Shown: positions 1-10,112 of the stretch, piece after piece
Position numbering within the stretch: the first letter of the stretch is position 1
How the letters are laid out: every line of letters starts with the position of its first letter
DNA from: an uncultured Hormoscilla sp.
Lineage (GTDB): Bacteria; Cyanobacteriota; Cyanobacteriia; Cyanobacteriales; Desertifilaceae
Assembly (NCBI GenBank): GCA_963921275.4
Contig: OZ001293.3
Span: forward strand, 4,128,001 to 4,192,000
DNA: 64,000 bases
Direction: 5' to 3'
Notes under the pieces: generated by a model
What the model was told of the DNA's origin: nothing
Seen by the model: the letters and a program-made list of their open reading frames with translations, nothing else
The model's database searches: none
Position numbers and translations under genes: made by a program

Positions 1-1290
1 TCAGGGGCCGATTTAACCTTGTCAGAAGCAGCGACCTTGGTGGGAATTTTGCCAGCACCCAATAGTTATAATCCAGCTAGAAATGAAGAGTTAGCTCGCA
101 GGCAGCGGAATGGGGTGATCGAGCGGATGCTGGATTTGGGGATGATTACCACCGAAGATGCCAGGCGGGCCAGGCGATCGATAATAGAAGTGAGCCCGAA
201 AGCCAAACTGGAGTTTCAGTCCACGATCGCGCCTTATTTTTACGATTACGTGTTCAGCGAACTGGAGGATTTGTTAGGAACGGAGGTAGCCAGAGAAGGG
301 AACTTTATCATCGAAACAGGTCTGCACCCAAAGATGCAAGCCCAGTCGGAAGTAGCGCTGCGCGAAACGATGAATAATCAGGGGAGATATCTGGGATTTG
401 ACCAAGGAGCAGTCGTTACCCTTGACGCTAGAACAGGCGAAATCATGGCGATGAACGGGGGTGTAGATTACACGAAAAGTCAGTTCAATCGCGCAACCCA
501 GGCCCTGCGACAGCCAGGTTCTACTTTCAAAATATTTACTTATGCAGCGGCGATCGCCCAAGGAATTTCCCCTAAAAAGACCTATTCCTGCGCCCCCTTA
601 CCCTGGGGAGGTGTAAGTTATAGTGCCTGCGAACGGAGTGCGGGCTATGTAGATATGTACACGGGGATGGCGCTGTCAGAAAATGCGATCGCCCTGCGGG
701 TGGCGCAAAATGTGGGTCTAGACAAAGTGGTGGAAATGGCAAGACGACTGGGCGTGCGATCGGAACTTAAAGCCGTACCCGGTCTAGTATTAGGTCAAAG
801 TGAAGTCAAGCTGCTGGAGATGGCGGGAGCTTATGCAGTCTTAGCAAATAGAGGTATCCGCAATCGTCCCCACGCAATTAGAGAGATTCTCGATAGTAGT
901 GATTGTAGGGATCCTAACGATCTGGGCACTTGCCGGGTAATTTATAAATACAACACAGAGGCAAACCAGAAGGTGATAGATCCAAAGATTGCCGATACCA
1001 TGACCAAGATGCTCCAGGGAGTCGTGCAAGGGGGAACTGGTAGCGCCGCTTATATCGGACTGGGAGAAGAAGCAGGGAAAACTGGCACCACGAATGATGG
1101 TGTGGATTTGTGGTTTATTGGTTACCTATCCAAACGGCAGATTGTGACTGGCGTCTGGCTAGGCAACGATAACAACTCTGCCACCAACGGCAGTAGCTCG
1201 ATCTCGGCCCAACTCTGGGGCCAATATATGCGTAAATTCTTCCCCCCACCAAAAAAACCTGGTGCTTCCTCACCTCCATCGGTAGAGTAG
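1..1290 (+). CDS. Class A penicillin-binding protein (PBP1A family), 5'-partial: end of transglycosylase plus transpeptidase
   Basis: QPGSTFK (SxxK), SEN (SxN) and KTG motifs; LSEAATLVGILPAP transglycosylase motif; frame open from the window edge. Confidence 0.9.
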   Translation, partial: SGADLTLSEAATLVGILPAPNSYNPARNEELARRQRNGVIERMLDLGMITTEDARRARRSIIEVSPKAKLEFQSTIAPYFYDYVFSELEDLLGTEVAREGNFIIETGLHPKMQAQSEVALRETMNNQGRYLGFDQGAVVTLDARTGEIMAMNGGVDYTKSQFNRATQALRQPGSTFKIFTYAAAIAQGISPKKTYSCAPLPWGGVSYSACERSAGYVDMYTGMALSENAIALRVAQNVGLDKVVEMARRLGVRSELKAVPGLVLGQSEVKLLEMAGAYAVLANRGIRNRPHAIREILDSSDCRDPNDLGTCRVIYKYNTEANQKVIDPKIADTMTKMLQGVVQGGTGSAAYIGLGEEAGKTGTTNDGVDLWFIGYLSKRQIVTGVWLGNDNNSATNGSSSISAQLWGQYMRKFFPPPKKPGASSPPSVE

Positions 1291-1584
1291 GATAGGCACA
1301 GATCCTGTCCGATGAGGGACTGGGCATCATCTGGTCCGGGTACTGAGCCCCAAGATAGCACCGGTTATAAGTGTAATAAAAGTTAACATATTTGGGGCAG
1401 CCAAAGCCGAATGCCAAGGCTATCATGAGAAAATAGCTGTGGGATAATGCCTATATAGTCGAGGAAGTAAGGTTCGGCAACAGAGCAGTAGAATTGCTAG
1501 TAATAGTAAAACGCAGGTTCCCATGGGACCGGATCTAGCGCCTGGCGCAGTACGTAAACGAGAATCAGTTTGGTGGAGAGAAAC

Positions 1585-1884
1585 GTGACGATTTACATTG
1601 GGAACTTGTCCTTTGAGGCGGAAGAAGACGACTTACGGAATATATTTGACGAATACGGGAAGGTAAGCCGCGTTAGCATGCCGAAGGACCGGGAGACGGG
1701 AAAGAAGCGAGGTTTTGCCTTTGTGGAGATGGATTCAGACGAGGAAGAAGAAAAGGCGATCGAGGAACTAGATAACGCCGAATGGATGGGTCGCATCATC
1801 AAAGTGAATAAAGCCAAGCCAAAAGAAAATAGGGGGGGCCGATCGGGTGGTGGTGGCTTTCCCAGAGAGAGAACGCGCTACTAA
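1585..1884 (+). CDS. rbp: RRM RNA-binding protein (cyanobacterial Rbp family)
   Basis: IYIGNL (RNP2), RGFAFVEM (RNP1), Gly-rich tail; GTG start at 1585. Confidence 0.9.
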   Translation: MTIYIGNLSFEAEEDDLRNIFDEYGKVSRVSMPKDRETGKKRGFAFVEMDSDEEEEKAIEELDNAEWMGRIIKVNKAKPKENRGGRSGGGGFPRERTRY

Positions 1885-1966
1885 CCGCTGCATCACCGTT
1901 AATTGCCAATAGCTAAGAGCAAAAACAAATTAGCCTCGTTACCACTGGCGACCCCTGGGAACGCAA

Positions 1967-2485
1967 TTAGCCAAGAAAACGACTGGCCATCTTCATAGCG
2001 TCAGCAATGTCAACATCACCATCCCCATCGGCATCCAAAAAGCTGCTCAGTACAGAATTGCCACCTTCGGGATTATCAGTTTCGCTGCCAGTTTGCAGCA
2101 GATTCAGGACCAAAGGGAGGACAGCCGGTAGCAGAGATTGAATGGTGTCCTCTGGCAGTCCGGTCTTTTGAGATGCAACTTCTACGATCTGTTGCACTTG
2201 AGGTAAGGTAAAAAGTGCCCGAACTGCTAGGGGGTTGGCTAAAGTGCCGCTAAATTGATTGACAAGAGACTGCACCTGGTTGTCACCTTCAGAATCTCGT
2301 TTTTCTTTTAAGGAAGAGCGGGTAAAGCTGCCGACAATTGACATCAGAGATTGCATTTGGTCAAAACTGGCACCAGAGTTGCCAGAGAGCATCTGTGCCG
2401 CGCCGAAAATATCACCCAGCTGACTAGGACTAGTTTGCTTAGTAGGGCTGCTGATGGCACCCATAATACTGTCGAAAAGTCCCAT
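1967..2485 (-). CDS. Conserved cyanobacterial protein (DUF937-like, C-terminal EF-hand-like DADGDGDVD)
   Basis: MGLFDSIMGAI start; LDADGDGDVDIADAM tail. Confidence 0.65.
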   Translation of the reverse strand: MGLFDSIMGAISSPTKQTSPSQLGDIFGAAQMLSGNSGASFDQMQSLMSIVGSFTRSSLKEKRDSEGDNQVQSLVNQFSGTLANPLAVRALFTLPQVQQIVEVASQKTGLPEDTIQSLLPAVLPLVLNLLQTGSETDNPEGGNSVLSSFLDADGDGDVDIADAMKMASRFLG

Positions 2486-2871
2486 AATTTTTACCTCCTG
2501 TTGCGGTTGAATCTTTGTTAATTGGGGTGGTGTCACACTGGTAGTGGGACCGATGAGCAATCATTACTCAATCGGGAATTACTTCCCCACAATAGCGAGT
2601 AGAAGAAAATTATACAGTTGAATAGTGAGCGATCGTCACTTCTTATTAATGAAAATATAGGGAGTAAACTAAAACAGCACTCTCAATCATGGCCGAGATC
2701 CTGTGGGCTGTAACCGGACGGGAGCGGTTGTAGCTAAAATATATCATAGATCCCTCCTAACCCCCGGATCCCCCCCTAACCCCCCTTAATAAGGTTAATA
2801 AGGGGGGGAACCGCTTATTAAGGGGGGGACCGCTTCCCCCGATCGCCCGCTGATAGCTGCGCACTGCAATC

Positions 2872-4497
2872 ATGAAACTGTCTCGCCTGTTGACGCTGAT
2901 TATCGGTCTGACCGTAATCTTAGGGCTAATGCTGTGGATGATCGATACCCTGCGTTGGTTCTACTGGCAGATTTCTTATTCATCTCCCCTGCTGGGTACT
3001 ATTGTGCTGCTGTTGCTGATCCTGCTGCTAGGACTGGTAATCGCAGCTTTTGTCTATTACGTGCTGCTGTTTGGGGGGGCTGGCAGCAAAAAGGGCCAGC
3101 GCTATGTGAAGCCGAAAGTGCCTCAAGCTAAGAATGAGGCGGCTTCCGAAACACTCCGGGCCGTGCGCAAACAGGCCGAGCAAATTCAGGATAAGGTGGC
3201 CCGACAGGCTTTAATTGAGCGATCGCGCCAGATAGAAGGTAGCCTGCAAGCAGGGGTGTTGCGGGTGGTGGTGTTTGGCACTGGTTCAGCGGGGAAGTCT
3301 TCGGTGGTGAACGCGCTGCTGGGCCGGATGGTGGGGCAGGTGTCCGCACCCATGGGAACTACGGAAGCGGGGCAAACCTACAGCCTCCAGCTGAAGGGGT
3401 TGGACTGGCAGATTTTGATTACCGATACTCCAGGGATTTGCGAAGCAGGTGTGGCGGGAACCGAGCGGGAACAGCAGGCCCGAGAGTTAGCGACAGTAGC
3501 AGATTTACTGTTGTTCGTGGTGGATAATGACCTGCGCCAGTCGGAATACGAACCCTTGCGGACTTTGGCACAGATTGGCAAGCGATCGCTACTAGTGCTG
3601 AACAAAACGGACCTGTATCCCCCGGAGGAAATGGAAGCGATTCTGGGGCGTCTGCGGGAACGGGTGCAGGGGTTGATTCCTGGCAATGATGTGGTAGCCT
3701 GTGCGGCTAATCCCCCAGAGGTGGTACTGGACAGCGGCAGTATATTTCAGCAGGAACCGGACGTGATGCCTTTAATCCGCAGGCTAGCTGCGGTGCTGCG
3801 AGCCGAAGGAGAAGATTTGGTCGCGGACAATATTTTACTGCAAAGCAGCGCCTTGTCAGAGGAAGCAAGGCGGATTATCGACGCCCAGCGCAAGCGTCAG
3901 GCGGACAAAATTGTCGAGCAGTTTCAGTGGATAGGTGGTGGCGCGATCGCGGTCACGCCATTGCCAGTGGTAGATTTATTGGCAACTGCGGCGGTAAACG
4001 CTCAGATGGTAGTAGAAATCGGCAAAATCTACGGCTGCGAGCTCAATATGGAACGGGGACGAGAACTGGCCTTGTCTCTGGCGAAAACTTTGGCCAGTTT
4101 AGGCATTGTCGAGGGAGCATTAAAGTTGGTGACTGCGGCATTACAATTGAATGTGGCCACTTTTGCGATCGGGAAGGCAATTCAGGGAGTGACTGCGGCT
4201 TATCTGACCCGGATTGCTGGTAAGAGTTTTATAGAATATTTTTGTCACGATCAAGATTGGGGTGATGGGGGGATAATTGAGGTGGTGCAGCAGCAATTTC
4301 AGCTCAACCGCCGGGATGAGTTTGTCAAGGTCTTTATTCAAGATGCGATCGCGCGAGTCGTCCAACCTTTGAGCGATCGATTCTATTTCGTAGAAGAGGA
4401 AAAGGAACAGTCGGAACCGGCGTCACCCGCACCTATAAGCAAGTTTGAGCCCCTGGATGATTGGTCCGAACCGCCACAGATCCAGGATGATTGGTAG
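2872..4497 (+). CDS. Membrane-anchored Era-like GTP-binding protein with DUF697 domain (YcjF-like)
   Basis: Two N-terminal TM helices; GTGSAGKS, DTPG and NKTD motifs; PLPVVDL motif. Confidence 0.8.
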   Translation: MKLSRLLTLIIGLTVILGLMLWMIDTLRWFYWQISYSSPLLGTIVLLLLILLLGLVIAAFVYYVLLFGGAGSKKGQRYVKPKVPQAKNEAASETLRAVRKQAEQIQDKVARQALIERSRQIEGSLQAGVLRVVVFGTGSAGKSSVVNALLGRMVGQVSAPMGTTEAGQTYSLQLKGLDWQILITDTPGICEAGVAGTEREQQARELATVADLLLFVVDNDLRQSEYEPLRTLAQIGKRSLLVLNKTDLYPPEEMEAILGRLRERVQGLIPGNDVVACAANPPEVVLDSGSIFQQEPDVMPLIRRLAAVLRAEGEDLVADNILLQSSALSEEARRIIDAQRKRQADKIVEQFQWIGGGAIAVTPLPVVDLLATAAVNAQMVVEIGKIYGCELNMERGRELALSLAKTLASLGIVEGALKLVTAALQLNVATFAIGKAIQGVTAAYLTRIAGKSFIEYFCHDQDWGDGGIIEVVQQQFQLNRRDEFVKVFIQDAIARVVQPLSDRFYFVEEEKEQSEPASPAPISKFEPLDDWSEPPQIQDDW

Positions 4498-4620
4498 CTA
4501 CTCTACGCCCCGCGCCCCGACGCCCGAACCCTAAAGGGTCCGGCAGTTACAAAGCCCGCCTGCGCGGGCTAGATTATATTAAAGTGCGATCGCATTTTTT
4601 GTAGGTTGGGTTGAAGCATG

Positions 4621-4745
4621 GATGCTGTTGGCGAAATCCATCTCGAAAGACGAATAAGAGCGTGCTACAAGAACGAGAAATCTTTACTTGGGCGATTAGT
4701 AATACTCAATGTAAGATGCTTGGTAGCACATTCGCCAACAGTATC
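4621..4745. mobile_element. 125-bp MITE
   Basis: TIR GATGCTGTTGGCGAA / TTCGCCAACAGTATC; 7-bp TSD AAGCATG (4614-4620, 4746-4752); empty site present in the repeats at 5646-5916. Confidence 0.85.
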
Positions 4746-4878
4746 AAGCATGAAACCCAACCAGAACATCCTGTCGGACGGACAATAATTCCTGGCAGCA
4801 GAATAACGATCGCTTCTCTCAATCCTGGGATATAATAGAGGCGATCGATACCCACCCTAAAGCAATAAGCAAGTCGCT

Positions 4879-5127
4879 ATGACCAGAAAAAATCTATTAT
4901 CTCGGATTTCTATCGATCCGAATATCTGCTTTGGCAAACCTTGTATTCGGGGGCATCGCATTTGGGTTTCCCTAATCCTTGATTTCTTAGCCAGCGGGAT
5001 GACAATTTCCGAACTGCTTGAAGAGTATCCGGGTATAGAACGAGATGACATTCTTGCTTGTATTGCCTACGGCGCTGAGATGGCACGGGATCATTATATT
5101 GAGATTCCTCTGGAGGCGAAAAAGTGA
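4879..5127 (+). CDS. DUF433 family antitoxin
   Basis: ISIDPNICFGKPCIRGHRIWV...DDILACIAY; overlaps the downstream toxin start. Confidence 0.9.
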   Translation: MTRKNLLSRISIDPNICFGKPCIRGHRIWVSLILDFLASGMTISELLEEYPGIERDDILACIAYGAEMARDHYIEIPLEAKK

Positions 5128-5495
5128 ACATAAAGCTTGACGAAAATCTTGGTAGCGGTCGAGTTGTAGCACGGTTACGTCTGGCAGGGCATGATGTAGC
5201 TACAGTGGAAGAACAAGGTCTGAATTCTACGCCTGATGTGGAATTAATTGATATTTGTCGCCAAGAAGGCAGATGTTTAGTTACTTTAGATCGGGGCTTT
5301 GGTAACCGCATCCGCTATAAACCTTCTGATTATGCTGGAATTGTTGTGCTACGCTTGCCACCGCAACCCACCCCAGAAAACTTGCGGGAAGTAGTGGAAA
5401 CCTTAATCCGTGGGTTGGATGCCGCAGAAATCGAGGGTAAACTATGGATTATCCAGCGCGGGACTATTCAGGAGTATCAAGCATATTCAGAATAA
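5124..5495 (+). CDS. DUF5615 (VapC45-like) PIN toxin
   Basis: IKLDENL, GHDV and LVTLDRGFG motifs; coupled to the DUF433 gene. Confidence 0.85.
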   Translation: MNIKLDENLGSGRVVARLRLAGHDVATVEEQGLNSTPDVELIDICRQEGRCLVTLDRGFGNRIRYKPSDYAGIVVLRLPPQPTPENLREVVETLIRGLDAAEIEGKLWIIQRGTIQEYQAYSE

Positions 5496-5645
5496 TTTGT
5501 CTTGCCCGGGGTGAGGTTAATCTACAAAAAAGAGAATTTGTGAGAAGCAGCGCGACAATAAGCGGAGATATTTTTGGGAGGAAAAGGACCATATAGTAAC
5601 GTGGGCATTGGGAGATCCGTCATTCGTGCAGGATTTGTGAAAGTG

Positions 5646-5916
5646 CGATCGCATTTTTTGTAGGTTGGGTTGAAGCATGAAACCTAACATTGACATCCTG
5701 GAGGGCGAACAATAATTCCTGGCAGCAGAATAACGATCGCATTTTTTGTAGGTTGGGTTGAAGCATGAAACCCAAAATTGACATCCTGGAGGGCGGACAA
5801 TAATTCCTGGCAGCAGAATAACGATCGCATTTTTTGTAGGTTGGGTTGAAGCATGAAACCCAAAATTGACATCCTGGAGGGCGGACAATAATTCCTGGTA
5901 GCAGCAGAACGATCGC
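5646..5916. repeat. Three tandem 88-bp repeats bounded by CGATCGC
   Basis: CGATCGC at 5646, 5734, 5822 and 5910 (88-bp period); near-identical units. Confidence 0.9.
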
Positions 5917-5971
5917 TTCTCTCAATCCTGGGATATAATAGAGGCGATCGGTACCCACCCTAAAGCAATAA

Positions 5972-6200
5972 TACCATTTGCAAAAAATGTTGCTACAATT
6001 CGTACCCTCTAATTTGCTCTCTTCGCTATCAGCCCGCCTTCGGTGTATCGTGGGAGCGCTATTCGCACTACCCACGATACACCGAGGGTTCAAACCCCCT
6101 ACGTTCTCAGGCGGGAGCCAGGGAACGAGGCTAAAGTCGGTTAAAACCGACTAACAGGATACTGCTCAAAAAAATGTAACATATTTTTTATGAAATGGGA
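5972..6200. mobile_element. Composite MITE with nested palindromic elements
   Basis: Ends TACCATTTGCAAAAAATG.../...TTTTTATGAAATGGGA with TAA duplicated; absent from the paralogous site at about 4860-4878. Confidence 0.7.
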
Positions 6201-6213
6201 TAAGCAAGTCGCT

Positions 6214-6432
6214 ATGACCAGAAAAAATCTCTGATCTCGGATTTCTATCGATCGCAATATCTGCTTTGGCAAACCTTGTATTCGGGGGCATAGGATCTGG
6301 GTTTCTCTAATTCTTGACTTCTTAGCTAGCGGGATGACTATTTCGGAACTGCTTGCAGAATATCCTGGTATAGAACGAGATGACATCCTCGCTTGTATTG
6401 CCTACGGCGCTGAGATGGCACGGGATTCCTAT
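6214..6432 (+). pseudogene. Duplicate DUF433 antitoxin pseudogene
   Basis: Near-identical to 4879-5110, but codon 7 is TGA instead of TTA and the 3' end diverges; no toxin downstream. Confidence 0.85.
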
Positions 6433-6725
6433 GTCGAAAGCAACTAAAGGCAGAGTCTTCAGAAATCGGGCGATCGATCGCCTGTTGCGGTATGGTAAGA
6501 TTTGCGATCGCAGGGCAATAAAAAGCGGGGATATTTTTTGCTGCCAGCACATTCACCAGTAGACCAGAAACCCGGTAGGTCGTAAAAAGGGTGCGGTCAC
6601 AAGTAGTTTGAAGTCTGCAGACTCATAACCGGTTTGGTGCGACCTGCTGCAGGTGCTGAGAGACCAAAATTGATAAAGAAACCCGGTTTCACCGCTTACC
6701 GCCCCCACGGGAGTATCCTCCGACA

Positions 6726-6866
6726 AGCGCAAATATGATTTACTCCGAAGCATATTTACTTTATCTCTCAGCAAATATGATTGGCACCGAAGCATATTTG
6801 CTTTGGTCATTTTAAATAATATTTGCCGCCGAGCAAATATTATCTGCCGCCGAGCAAATACCATCT
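6726..6866. repeat. Degenerate 21-bp tandem repeats
   Basis: Recurring GCAAATAT/GCATATTT...CCGA units with about 21-bp period. Confidence 0.6.
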
Positions 6867-7126
6867 AGGCCTGCCGATCTATGTAATGATCCGGAGTTTT
6901 CCCGGGATCCCCCGACTAGATAGATACTAGACCTGGCGTCCGCCAGTCAGATGACGACGGGTGTAGTCTTGCACCAGTTGGTAAAAAAATACTACACCCA
7001 CTTCTGGTGGGCAGTGCTGGCAGTGCCCCACCTTAGGAATGCAACGACAAATGAGCCGCACCCTCGTAAAAACCGGGTTTCTTGATTCTTTATTGCGATC
7101 GGACCGGGGGAGAATTATTTCGGACA

Positions 7127-7666
7127 CTACTCCCTGGAATCTTTGGCAAAACCATTCTCAGCAGGAGCATTTCTTAAGTTTACATCCTGCTGAGAATCTG
7201 CCGCCGGGTTTTGGATAGAGAGTTCTGGGGGTAGCGGGATAGTTATTTGCAGGTTTACACCAATTTTTATTTGATTGTTATCAAAACTTATATTAGTTAT
7301 ATTAACCACATTATTTCCTAGCGAACCATCACTGACTGGTAATTTAGTAGGGAGCTGCGTTTGATATCCAGCATCATCAAGCCACTCAGCAATATCTCTC
7401 CAGTTTTCTATCTTTTCACCGCTTTTGTCTACTAGACTTTTAACGTACTTATATATAGTGGCGCAGAGATCCGTTTCCACGCCCTTGCTATTTTTGCCCA
7501 GCGTGTCAGCGATTTTTGTTGGACTACAGCCACAAAGCAGCCCCCGCAGGTGCAGCTTCTCAACAGGTGTCAGTCGCTTGCCCTTAGCGGAGGCCAAGTC
7601 AGTGTAGAGAGTTTCCAAGTCCCAGTGCTGTGCGGCCTGGGCAAACTGCTCGTTAGTAGATTTCAT
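7127..7666 (-). CDS. HTH protein of the cyanobacterial type often found N-terminal to NB-ARC/conflict proteins
   Basis: LTPVEKLHLRGLLCGCSPTKIADTLGK...IYKYVK...IENWRDI pattern. Confidence 0.65.
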   Translation of the reverse strand: MKSTNEQFAQAAQHWDLETLYTDLASAKGKRLTPVEKLHLRGLLCGCSPTKIADTLGKNSKGVETDLCATIYKYVKSLVDKSGEKIENWRDIAEWLDDAGYQTQLPTKLPVSDGSLGNNVVNITNISFDNNQIKIGVNLQITIPLPPELSIQNPAADSQQDVNLRNAPAENGFAKDSRE

Positions 7667-7995
7667 AGTTGGTCTCTTCTAAAATTACTGATAGGATCCT
7701 AACACAATTCCTGATACACACCCGGAGATTACTGTATAAAGCTAGCTTATGATGAATATACAGTAGTTGACAGCGGTGCGATGCTACAGGGAAAGAGGGC
7801 GAGAGAGTCGAAGCTCAAGCAGCCGGTGATGGAAATGGCCATCCGGACGTTACCTCAGCCAAGATACTGTCCAACTGCCGGTGTCGTGCCGCCAAACTGC
7901 TCGTAAGCAGATTTCATAGCTAGTCTCCGCTCAAATTCCTGATTGAATCCTAACATAATCACTGATATCCACCCGGTAATTACTATGTAAAGCTA

Positions 7996-8894
7996 GGGCG
8001 TGTCATCAGTTAGATTAACGATATGGGTCCCCACCAAAAATATATAACAAGATGATTGAGTTGACAACCAGGATATATTGGTGTAATATAAGAGGGTAAA
8101 GGTTAGAGCAGGAGAATTTGAGAAATGCGTCGCTATGCTTTAAGAGATGACCAGTGGGAGAGAATCAGGGATCTATTGCCAGGTCGGGAGGGTTATGTGG
8201 GGGGGACAGCTAAGGATAACCGCTTATTTGTCTATGCTGTCTTGTATCGATATAGAGCTGGGATACCTTGGCGGGACAACTTACCCGAGCGATTTGGGGA
8301 CTTGAGGGTAATTCATACGCGCCATAGTAGGTGGTCAAAATCCGGGGTATGGGAAAGAGTATTCAAGGTACTTGCGTCCGATGCCGATAACGAATATGCG
8401 ATGATTGATGCCACGATATAAAGGGCTCATCAACATAGTGCAGGTGCTCAAAAAAAAGATTGCGACCCAAGCCATCGGACGCCGTAAAGGGGGTTTGAGT
8501 ACCAAAATTCACGCGACCTGTGACGCATTGGGGAACCCAACGGGTTTTCATTTAACAGCCGGTCAAGCTCACGATTTGGAAGGGGCTGATGTGTTACTTG
8601 ATAATATTAAGGCTGATGCGTTACTCGCAGACAAAGCTTCTGATGCTGACGAACGGGTTTTGAAACGTCTTGAAGCCCAGCAATGCGAACCTGTGATTCC
8701 GCCTAAATCCAATCGAAAAGAACAACGCCGTTATGACAAATATCTATACAAAGCACGTCATTTGATTGAGAATTTTTTTGCCAAACTCAAGCAATATCGA
8801 GCCATTGCCACCCGTTACGATAAGAGGGCTCAGAATTTCTTGGGTGCTATCTACCTGGCTGCTACTGTTGTTTGGCTTAACTGATGACACGCCC
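7996..8894 (+). mobile_element. IS5 family element (IS427-like, two-ORF transposase), probably inactive
   Basis: TIR GGGCGTGTCATCAGTTA at both ends; TA duplication; orfA 8125-8421 (extra 1-bp loss in DATI-VRAHQHSAGA), A-run slippery site near 8450, orfB to 8884 with IATRYDK. Confidence 0.92.
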
Positions 8895-8947
8895 TAGCTT
8901 ATGATAAGTAAAGTAATGGGAAAATCATACGAAACCGGTCTCTAAAA

Positions 8948-10101
8948 GTGGACTTCTTTGAAATTACTGCCGAGGCTGAAAGCCGCTATGACAGGCACAA
9001 CCTGATTGACTGGTGGGACCAGGCAAAACTCAAGGCTGCCAGAGTGCTGGTGACTGGTGCTGGTGCTTTAGGCAACGAAGTGCTGAAGAATTTGGCCCTG
9101 GTGGGTGTCGGCAATATCACCGTCATTGACTTCGATACGGTCTCGGTCACCAACCTAACTCGGTCCGTCCTGTTTCGAGAATCAGATGTCGGCTTGCCGA
9201 AAGTAGAAGTTGCCCGTAAACGCGCCCTTGAGATTAACCCAGAGATAACAATTGAGGCAATTCACGGCGATCTGGAATTTGACATCGGCATTGGGGATGT
9301 TCGGGAACATGACATTATTATAGGTTGCCTGGACAGCATTAATGCGCGGTGGGCGATTAATCAGCTTGCTTATCGTGCAGTCATTCCCTGGATCAACAGC
9401 GGTATTGGCGTTACTGAGAAGGAAGTAAGTTTTTTCGATCCCAAAACAGAAGCAGCTTGTTATGAATGCACCATATCTAACCGGATGTGGGAGAGGCGCA
9501 ACCAGCGATACTCTTGTCAGGGGATGAAACGGAATCTTCCTGAAGCTGCCATGCCCACGACAGCCCCAATAGCCTCCATAGCTGGTGCGATGCAGGTTCA
9601 CCAAGCACTCCTATATTTCACGGCAAAACAGGACTACTCGATCCAGGGGAAAAAATATTTCTGGGATTAAATCCTTGGACAGCTCTCAAAATGCAAATTC
9701 AGCGTCAGGAGACTTGTCTTGCCCACGACTTATCCATTGAACCGGCAATAGAGATCGAGTACGATCCAAATATGAAGGTGCAAGAAGTTCTGAAACAGTT
9801 AGATACATCGGGATATGCCGAACCAGTTCTCTGGCTACGCAATGAAGTGATAGGCAAGATGACCTGCCATAAGTGCGGGTATGAGGAACAGGCGAACGCT
9901 CCCCTACGCAAATATCAAGAATCCCAGCAAGCTTGCCCCAAGTGTGGTTATGAATCAAGGGATTTTGAAGTAATCAGGAATCTGACTCTAGAAGATTCCT
10001 GCGCCAGCGTTATCTTAGAAGAGTTATGTCTGACGACGAACGAAATACTACACTGCGAGACCGCGAAAGGTCAAATAGCAATTCAATTTCGCCCAGCATA
10101 G
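8948..10101 (+). pseudogene. E1/ThiF-family ubiquitin-activating enzyme with C-terminal Zn ribbon, frameshifted at about 9615
   Basis: GAGALG, DFDTVSVTNLTR, CYEC, YSC (candidate catalytic Cys), PTT; the other frame continues HGKTGLLDPGEKIFLGLNPW...CLAH...CHKC...CPKC. Confidence 0.85.
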
Positions 10102-10112
10102 GAGGAGTAAAT

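Noticed and set aside
5646..5916. Possible CRISPR array
   Set aside because: Whole 88-bp units are near-identical with no unique spacers; no cas genes in the window
5517..6093. Minus-strand ORFs of 123, 157 and 62 aa
   Set aside because: Translations of the tandem repeat
6553..6864. 103-aa minus-strand ORF with heptad repeats
   Set aside because: Derived from 21-bp repeats plus REP-like sequence; no recognisable family
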